Assembly (NCBI RefSeq): GCF_037042905.1
Contig: NC_087251.1
Span: 13,332,001-13,396,000, forward strand
Length of the DNA stretch: 64,000 bases
From: Lytechinus pictus
Lineage: Eukaryota
Direction: 5' to 3'
Shown: positions 54,461 through 64,000 of the stretch, in pieces
Layout: each line of letters starts with the position of its first letter
How positions within the stretch are numbered: the stretch's first letter is position 1
Made by a program: the position numbers and the translations under genes
The notes under the pieces: generated by a model
What the model was told of the DNA's origin: nothing
Database searches by the model: none
Seen by the model: only the letters and a program-made list of their open reading frames with translations

Positions 54461-57400
54461 CGGGTGCCAACATGCTCCTTAAAATGCACACGGTAGTACC
54501 AAGCTAGCACCTACATAGACGGAACTACGACAACGACACATTTGCCACCAGGAAGAAAACCTCTCTCTAATACAACCCTTTCGGTTGGAAGTGATTCTTA
54601 TTTGCTTACTCGGTAATCAAAACCAGAGAAGCCATCATTGATTAGTGTTAACTCAGGTGCGCTGCTGACAAATATGTGTGTTAAAAATATATGGGCAAAT
54701 GATACAGGCAGCGAGCATGGCAGCTTTTGGTGAGCGTAGATCTATTTGTATTTTATCCCATATCGCTCCTCTATATCAACATATCCATCTCTATCTCTTC
54801 CTTTCCAACTTATTTCATCACTCTGTCTTTCTCTCTTTCCCTGTGCTCACCATCATACCACCCTCACTGTGATTGATAACCTTAATGTACATTCATTTTT
54901 AATTCAATCATATCATACTGCATTGTATCTCACCATCCTATCATATTGTTTGCCATTGCCATTTCATTAATCACATTTTCTAGCCTGAGCCATAGGATTT
55001 TTTTTAAATTCTAAAAATAAAACTATTCTGTTTTGAAACTAAGAAATATTTTGAAATATATCACAGGCACTTGGTGTTTCTTTCTCTCTCCATCTCCCAT
55101 TCCATGATTTCTCTTTTCAAAAGCATTAAAGCAAATCATATTTCCCATGTTAGTATACCCTAAAGCCAATCCAATATTCCATGAACCAATGTAGGAAAAA
55201 AAATGTCTAAGGACCTAAAGAGCAAATTTCAGTTTGAATGAAAATTTGAAAGAAATACATAATTGGAGGTAAAAAGGGATATGTATAAAACCCTGTTGAG
55301 TGATAAATGAATGCTGATATTCATTAGATGTTGGTTTTAGTGATTTTGAGTTAGTATTGCCAACTGGTCTTTGTGTTCAACAATATCATAAAAACTAGTG
55401 GTCATGTTCTGGGAGGACCACACCTCAGTTGTTAAAGGAGAAAGTGGGGTAAAACGGACCAGCTAACATTGGCTTATTCACTTTCTTCTGAACCCAGTAG
55501 TTTTCTTGAAAATGGAGCTCAAAGAATTTTTGAGTGAAGGTTCGTTTTGAAAATAACACTAAATAGTGCTAAAATGAATAACAGAATGTGTTATACTAAG
55601 ACTAGTGGGTGTTGTGCTAACACCAACAATTCAATAATAATGTATAATACTTGGTGTGGTCTTTTGTAAGCACTGGTGTTGTCATTTTAACACCACTGCA
55701 CATTAACAACAGCTGATACTAACATCAATGGGTCTTGAGCTATCAATAATCATCATTAATAGTAATTAATAACAATTAGGGTCATTTTTGCAAACATACG
55801 ATAGGTGTTGAGGCTATGTTTACTAGCTAGATTCATGGTCTTACCACTAACACCAATATCAACACCAAACATGAAATCACCTATTGTCTGTTTAGATGCA
55901 AAAGATGTAAAATACATTAAATCAGATGAACATATTCTTTCTGCCTTTCTGCTCCTATAATATTTTCATAAGGGTGATTTCAAAACAAATATCAGCAAGT
56001 TCAATACAAACTTATCAAAGGCTAGCAAGATCATTACAAATGCAAAATGTAATGTATATAAAACTCAGTGATACCATTACTCTACTATATTGACAATTTT
56101 ATCACATAAATTTGAATATGGTAGAATATAATCAACTCACACAATATATTAGAACAAACAGTAGAATTAGCGAAGGACAAAGATGTTGCAAATAAACCCC
56201 ATTGCAGGATAAGGTGAGCAATAGGTGTATTCAAGTAGTGGATTAGGATGACATCACCAACAAGAGATGAAAGAGCTTGTTGGATCTTGAAGATTAGAAA
56301 ACATTCTACAACAAACTCACAACTGGGCCCCAGAAAACAATATTCACTGAACAATCATGTAGTCAAAGGCACAAGTCTCACTTGAGAGAGATGGATGAAG
56401 TAAGAAAAAACTAGTGAACTAGATGCAGACTGAGGTTGCAAGAGATAATAGTATGGTGGTCTTAAAGTATGCTCATTGACAGATCATCTTGTTGACTTTC
56501 ACGACCATGGTTGCCGATGAGACATATTTGCATTGAAGTTGATGGCTTCCATTACAGGCTTTGAGACTTCTAACTCTTCCTCTAAATTTGGGGGGAAGGG
56601 GTTGATTCATGAAAAAGTTGCCAGGATAGCAATAAACTATTGCAAGGTTTATAACAGAAACTGTAAATTTAAAGTTAACGAACCTGTAATGCATGGTCAT
56701 ATAATTTAAGATGACATTAGCTTTATCACTGAGCATACTTTGGTTCCACCAAACAATAGTCTGGCAGTGTTAAAAAGACTTGCAAGGCCCTATACACCAC
56801 AAAGTTTTGTGATCAATTATACATTTGACTGATTGCATACAATCATCAATACAATTAATCATGAAATAAGTTCAACAGATCATTACACTTTGTGTTACAG
56901 AGCCATTATAAAGATTTGAATTCTGATAGGTGTTATGACAATTTAACAATGTTATGACTTTAAAGAGCAGCATGTCCGAGAAATATATTAATGAAATGTT
57001 GGAGAAAAATATTCATAACATCATGAATACAAAAACATGAATTTAAAAAAAAACAAGTCGTATGAATGTATGTTTTGAATGAGATGTTAATATGACTAAT
57101 ATTATGAATTAAAAGAAAATGTTGTTAACGCATGTTAATGAAATATTAAAGATTTTGATTCAGAATTTTTTTAAAGAATATTGAAATATGAATTTTAAAA
57201 GCCGCCACCATCACAAATGAATATTAATGAGATGTTACGTATTCATGATATGAATATGACTTCAGGAATGGTTTTGAAAATCATCATTTGTAAAGAATGT
57301 ATGCTTATGAGACTACATAAAATGCTATTAGATTCTAAGAGATGCATTAAATTGCAATTTCTGGACGTTTGCATTGGCATTATATTTAGACCAGAGAGTT

Positions 57401-58144
57401 AATAATAAAATTCTTATTAAATCTACGAGCTTTTAATTTGGTAAATTTGTAGATAAAACAATGCACTTTGACTCAATACCCCTCCCTTTTTAAAATGATA
57501 TTATCAAATCTCACTCACACAAATTAACCAAAAATTTGCCTCTGTAGAATGTAACAGTTTTGTGCTTCTCATTCCATAGGAATGAAGTTTTGAAAAAAGT
57601 AAGGACACTCAATTCAATTGTCAGCTCAGGATACAGCACCCACCATACAGTATGAACATATGGCACTGTGCTTTCATTATACCTTGTATTCAATGCAACA
57701 TGTTTTAGTAGTTCTTTATATGTGAACAAGGCGTTAGAGTTTGAGTAATGAAAGCGTTATTGAGACAGTGAAGACGCAGTCATGAGAAATGAGATGTCAG
57801 TTCAATGAACCATAAGAATGAAAGCATTAAAGTTAGACATATAACATTGCGATGTCATCAGTGAACTGATGAAGATGTGACCTGCTACAAGGATGCTGAG
57901 TTCTCTATACGTAAAACTTTATCATGACATCATCATGGATAAAATAACATATACCCCAAACAATTGCTTACAATATAAACAGAACTGGCTTCATGGTTCA
58001 TACCATGGACAATATTGTTAACATATCAAGCAGTTTTTGTTTACAGAAAATATTTTCCTGATTTCCCTGCAGCAAGTCACATGTTTATTATGCTCTATGA
58101 AAAGTGTAAGAAAGAGACGAGGGCCCAGAAACACGTACCATTAC

Positions 58145-58239
58145 CTCTCCTGACTAGCTTGGGCATGCCAAGCTCAATGAAGAAGGTCTCCTCCTTCTCA
58201 TATTCCTCGTCGTCGATCACGGTGACAGTGATATATTTC
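58145..58239 (-). CDS. NCX: NCX exon equivalent to vertebrate exon A/B (CBD2 E-F strands, Ca2+-binding acidic loop)
   Basis: ctccctcacag|G...AGAG|gtaatg, 95 nt, phase 2-1. Translates KYITVTVIDDEEYEKEETFFIELGMPKLVRR, compare NCX1 exon A KTISVKVIDDEEYEKNKTFFLEIGEPRLVE. Splices in frame to 23260. Confidence 0.95.
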
Positions 58240-59802
58240 CTGTGAGGGAGATACAAATTGAGAGGATTTAGAAAAGGTTAATTGACCTATGCTTTTTCAT
58301 ACACTGTTAATCTGATATCGGTATATCAAATGGCTGGGTAGTTTTAACCATTTGGGTTTAATCTTCCTACATGTACATTCTAAATACCACGGACATCATA
58401 TTGTCCATTGGCATGCGGAAACACAATAATGAATGTTTCTAATTTCTACCTATATTGGACATTTTCCTTGGTGTGTATTTCCTAGGAGGGTATTTAGGCT
58501 TTTGAAGTTTTGGTTAATATTCACTTTTTATGTACTTTATTTGAAATTTAAATTCAAATCTTATAAAAGGGTAATGAAAATTTTCATATGATTTTCAGTG
58601 ATTCATTGATCCCTGTATCACAATGACATTGATCATTATTGTTCTGCATTATTGTTCAAGGGTACACATCAATGCTGTGATTATTTTCAATAGCTTTGCA
58701 TTATGGAGGAGCTCTGGGGCCCATCACAGAAAGAGTTATATACAACCAAAATGTGACTCCAATTCTGACTTGCCTTTGATTTTATGAGATGTGTTTAAAT
58801 GTAACTCTTTTGCAACAGGGTCTCGATTGTTTAAAATAATTGGACTTCAGAATGAACAGTGAGAGAACATTAAAACCCATCATCTATGTTTCCAAACAAG
58901 CATCTAAATAAATAGACAAAATCTGCAATGTGATTGTAGCAGCTACTGAGTGCTGTAAATTCACAGTGGAAAATAATTGCCATCAGCCTCCTTTTTTTTG
59001 TTCCATAAGCATGAAAAACAAATTATTATCCAAATAGGACATTTAATATTCTAACAGTGAAATTCAGCAGTGCATTAAAATGTGTATGCACTATCAGCAT
59101 GGAGCTATTAAACACTAGCTCTATGGTATCAGTGTACAGTGTTAACTGCATGAAACATCGAAATCTGACGAATACCCCATGTTCTATGTTAACATCATGC
59201 ATGCTCTGCAATATTGAATTGCATGGTCTAATGCCCATATTAGTTTTCTGCAATGACCAGCTGTACTGCCTTCACATTTTATACCTTCTGTATATTGATC
59301 ATTAAAGATAATTACATTGAATGGCTTAACTAACTTCATGGGATACCAGAAATATTCCAATCATTAGGGCAAATATTGCACTCAACTTTGATTTGTGCAT
59401 CATTGACCCTAACCCGTAGATTATTTCTTGTATCCAACCCATTCTGAGTCATTCTAATATACCATAATTATCTCCCAACAGGCTAATGTCCAAAGCACAG
59501 TGCAATCAAAGGACTATTCATAATCATGACCATGCCTCTCTAGAGTAAGATGTATTAATTAATTCTTTTCAAAAGCAGTCATCTTCGAGCATTATTCATA
59601 AGGGCAGTACTTTATCCTCCTTGAAAACTCATCTCATTAGATTATTAGCCCAAGGGTGATTACTTCTAAAATCAGAATTATCAGAATCAAAGCAAGTGTA
59701 AAACATTGTTTTACAAGGAGGAAAGTAACCGTCAGATGAAGAGAATACTTTGGATTTATGTTGCGCTCAATTCATCAGAAGATGACGTTTCTGAGCATTT
59801 TA

Positions 59803-60217
59803 AGGCGACCACGCACCTTACGATTGGTCTGCGACCCGATTTCAGAATAAAATGTAGTAGAATTTGATGTTAATATTGAGACTTGGAATATCTTACTGTG
59901 TAATGTTCTAAATCATCGTATGAATACCTACGTTCAAATATGTGACTATGCTATCATCCTTCTTAGAATAATAGCGAATTTAATATCTAGTCGTAATGAC
60001 GTCATAGCAGTCGTACGATTGGCTACGATTTGAAACTAATTTGGCCTTTACTCCAAAATAAAGGCTTGCAATCTTTCAAAGTGGTTATATTAGTATTCTT
60101 TAAATTAATTTTAACCTCAAATAAAATGATATGTTCCATTCACATTTTCAGAAAATGAGCAAAATGCAATTTGTTCCAAAATCGGATCACGAACAGTCGT
60201 AAGGTGTGCGGTGGCCT
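59803..60217. mobile_element. PIF/Harbinger-like MITE
   Basis: tta|aggcgaccacgcaccttacga ... tcgtaaggtgtgcggtggcct|tta. Confidence 0.88.
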
Positions 60218-63124
60218 TTACAGATACAGTATATTACCCTGATCATCAGATTTTGACTTGCTCATATTTGACAAGAGCTTCCGATCTCAAATGCTATGCA
60301 TAATACAAAGTTCATCAGTTTTTGCAATTAGGGCCCTGTGTGGAGACTGGCAAAGTGTGGACTTATGTCTTGCCAATAATAAAGCCAGTTCTGTGTTGGG
60401 ATTCAAACACACTAACCACTGATGTCAGGATACTTCTACATACATATGACTAGTGATTATGAACACTCATACAAATGTCTTTCTCATTCTATTCAACATT
60501 TGATAAAAGATAAACAACGATTAAAACAAAAAGTGTTAAAATATGTACATTACACCTAAGGTAACACTGTATTAAACCTAAAGGCCCAAATGCATGAGCA
60601 TGGACTGACTAAAGATGGTGTATATTACAACAAATGTAACACTGGAAATAACCCATCCATGTTAAACGCATGTCAGACTGAAGATTGTGTAATTCACTAT
60701 ACATGAAAGTCAGTCTATAATTGAATATGCCTTTCCCATCATTAAAGGAAATAATTGCTTCTACTTATTCTAACTCTAACCCTTGTGGAAACAAACAAAT
60801 TATTAGCTACTCTCAAATTGAAGCAAATATTAAATAATCAAATGATGTCAACAGAATCTAATAACAAAGGAAAAATCTTGATCATTCATGCGAGGTTTTA
60901 GAGTCTTCAAGGCTTCCTATAGCCAGGCAGGCACCATTGCAGTGAACAAAAGGTCGTGTTCAAGTGCCAATTTTCCATCCAATATCATGTTTTCAAAGAC
61001 GTTCCCCCTAAAACACAGTTCTGTTCAATCAATTTTTCATCATTCACTCTAGTTCAGAAATGTCCTTTCAAATGCAACAACAAGAAATGATGTTATGGTG
61101 CTTGTGTAACATGATACTGCAGAATGCAATGGAGTGCAAAGGAGATCTCAATCACGATTCTATAGTATACCCATGCCTTCATCCATTTGACACATGCTGA
61201 CCTTTACTTCCTGGGTCAAACTGTGTATGATGATGCACAGTTTCATCACTATGATGCACAGTTACATGCCTTGTAGTGAGGAAAAATCAGCTTTGATGAA
61301 ATATCACAACTCTGGCTGCTATTCTCTCAAGCATTTTGCTTACGATAGCTGGCCACTGCATTTTATTTTATATATTATTGCTTACATGTATATCTATTTA
61401 AATATTCTTCTATTATGTAATCGTCACAATTTGTAATTCTTTCATTTATTTTTGTATTTCTTTATATTCATTATGATTACTGTGTTTCATATATTTTCAA
61501 TAAATGCAGAAACACCTGCAAAAAAAACATAAATGCCTCCTCGTAGTTATGTTTGCATTTTGATTTGTGATTCATGCTCGTGATTCGAGCATTTAGGAAA
61601 TTGCTTAAATGCGACTAATATGTAGCTGCTGTTGTTGATGTGTTCTCAAATATCACATGTAGGGCTTACGACCATCAGACCCCATGTGGTAGACTCATTA
61701 TAATTGAAGGTCTATCACCACAGATAAGATATGATAAAGATACATGCATCTATAGGTGGTGCCAGTCTTAGAACATGATCTTCAGAAATCATAATTCAGG
61801 CATAAGTGGATTTTCAAACTCAAAATAAACAGTCCATTGCAAGTATTTTTGCACAACAATAATGAATATTGTCATTTCTATATCACAGCATACATTCTAG
61901 AGACTCAGAAGCCAAGTTCCTTGGGAATTGGTGTTCTATGATTCATTTGGTAAATTGCTCATATGAGCCAAAATAGAGAGTTCTAAACAGGGGATTCATA
62001 TTTTACATAATAACCCATACAATCATGTTTTTAAGCCCTGTGTCTATTACAGCTACCTGTCTAATAAGCACTTTCTGGATATGAAATTACACATCACAGC
62101 ATACCAAGACAAGACTTTTTCATGCATTTAGCATTGAAAAATTGAATAGTTGTTCTCCTTGCAGCTAAACATAGGCAATCAATCAACTGGAGTCCATCTT
62201 GACCATCAGATAAGTCCATTATATCTTAACCCCTTTGAAACAATAGAATACTTGAAGCATACATTTTACAATGTTTTATTCTTCAAATATTTCTTGGTAT
62301 CTTTCATCGCTGCATAATGGATTATATAAAGATTGGTAAAAATATATACTTTCCTTCCATATTTTTTTTTTCAAACAAAAGATACATGTATGTACTTGCA
62401 ATAGAAATGAGCACATGAGATTTTTTTACTCATACTTAACTTATGTGTTTAACGTGATGCCGATAATTCTCAATCAAATGTCATTCGGCTTAACCACAAA
62501 ACATGGTCACTCAAATGGTTTACTTGCATAGTAAATTAAAGACAGTTTGAGAAAAAAAATAGTCCATGAAAAGCTTTTATTTGACAAAAAGGGACCATAC
62601 AAATGTTAGTGAAATCACCATTTTAGAATTACCCCCACATAATATGAATGAATATTAGTGAATCTAAATGGAAAATCTACAATTTTTTTTAGGTCAAGGC
62701 TGGTCAGCAGTTTATTGCAAATTCTATTAACATGATTATGAAAATTGGAAAAACATAAGAGATTCCTTGTAAGTACTTCATGCTTCTTCCCTGAGTTGGT
62801 GTGCAAACTATCATTAATACTTGATCAGCTTATGAAGCACTGGGACTTCAATGAGTTTCTTCAGTTATGTTAACACGACATCCAAACTTCAAATGAAGAA
62901 TATACAATTAGTTGGGGGAAAATGTGTAAATTTTCAGCATCAAATGCAATTTTCCCTTAAATCAATTTCATACGTGTGACATTGGCAGTAAGAATATTGC
63001 AGAAGACATTTATAGAAGAAATGGTCTTGATGTTGTTATGTGTTGTCAAAATCATCATCTCTCGGATGAGACTAAGAGTGGACCACGTAAGCTAAAACTA
63101 AGAGACTGATCATTGTGCATATCT

Positions 63125-63290
63125 GATGATGATAATAATAAAAGTTATAATAATAATAACAATTTTCATCATCATCGTGGTGATTATAGTTATAATGATA
63201 AGGATGATGATAATAATCATAATAATTATAATAATAATCATTGTCATCACCATCATCATCAACATCATGATCATAATGATTATAATAAGA
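63125..63290. repeat. (ATA/ATG/ATC)n compound microsatellite
   Basis: Directly visible; explains the poly-I/N/H ORFs in the track. Confidence 0.92.
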
Positions 63291-64000
63291 GCAATAGAAA
63301 TTACCTTTTTTTCCCCCAGGAAAACCACTTAAGCTGATCTTCCAGCGGGGTCTACATAACAACATCATAAATTATCATTACCCTTGATATTCTTACATAC
63401 CTGCCTATAGTACCTGGCAAGAAGGCAGAATGTCACGTTCTTAAGTATTTGGTACGACTTGGCTGGGAAATTGAACCCACATTTTCTGGTTCATATGATT
63501 GGATTTTATAATAATGAGTCAACACTCCCGAGCCATGAAATGATGAGAATAATGTTTGTATGATTATGAAGTTCAAAAGTTATCAAAGAAATGAACACTA
63601 GTAATCTTTCTCTCTGAACACACTAGCATGCATTTGTTAAAGACGAAATAACCATCTCCCAAAAAGGTGATCTGTAATGAGAACACGACCAGAGAGGTGT
63701 TTAAAAAGAAGCTGCAGCAGTAAGCGCCGATGTGACAAGAATATGGCTGATTGCCTGCGACGACGACTGTCTGGCCCAAATTGGAGGGTGAATTGTGATT
63801 AATAGCACCTCACTTGAGTGGGTAAGGGATGGATTTCCACCCACGTCTAAGGGAAGTCAAAGGCTTGTTTATTCTAAAGAGGCGAGAAGACTACATTTCA
63901 CAAATGAACACGAGAATCAGCAATGTTCTCGGTATTTGTGTTTTCAACAAAACAGGAGGAGTAAATGAGTCATGCTCTCACTGCTTCAGAGATACATGTA

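Noticed and set aside
54610..56582. Further cassette-exon candidates (EEELEVSKPV... and SAPELTLINDG...)
   Set aside because: Phases do not return to phase 1, and an in-frame stop or weak donor intervenes.
63072..63368. Poly-Ile/His/Asn/Tyr ORFs
   Set aside because: Translations of a trinucleotide microsatellite.

Overview
AT-rich, CpG-poor metazoan genomic DNA. The repeat families suggest an invertebrate deuterostome, probably a sea urchin, but that is inference. The whole window lies in the 3' half of one minus-strand gene for a Na+/Ca2+ exchanger (NCX/SLC8A). Five coding exons splice in frame at GT-AG sites: 58145-58239, 23109-23260, 3324-3423, 1221-1487 and 237-616 (TGA at 237-239). They encode the CBD2 acidic segment, the end of the cytosolic loop, the alpha-2 repeat and the C-terminal TM helices. 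The 5' part of the gene lies beyond 64000. The introns (0.6, 1.8, 19.7, 34.9 and >5.7 kb) are packed with non-autonomous DNA transposons (PIF/Harbinger-like, Kolobok-like, Helentron-like), tRNA-derived SINEs and tandem repeats. Most interesting observations: (1) a frame-preserving, lysine-rich candidate cassette exon at the CBD2 alternative-splicing position; (2) recurring TACATGTA/TACCGGTA octamers that behave as 6-bp insertions at TA relative to sister repeat copies, like transposon excision footprints; (3) AG|GT recursive-splice-like sites in the 35-kb intron; (4) a Harbinger derivative retaining a Myb/SANT fragment; (5) a nested foldback of local DNA. Most short ORFs in the track are noise.
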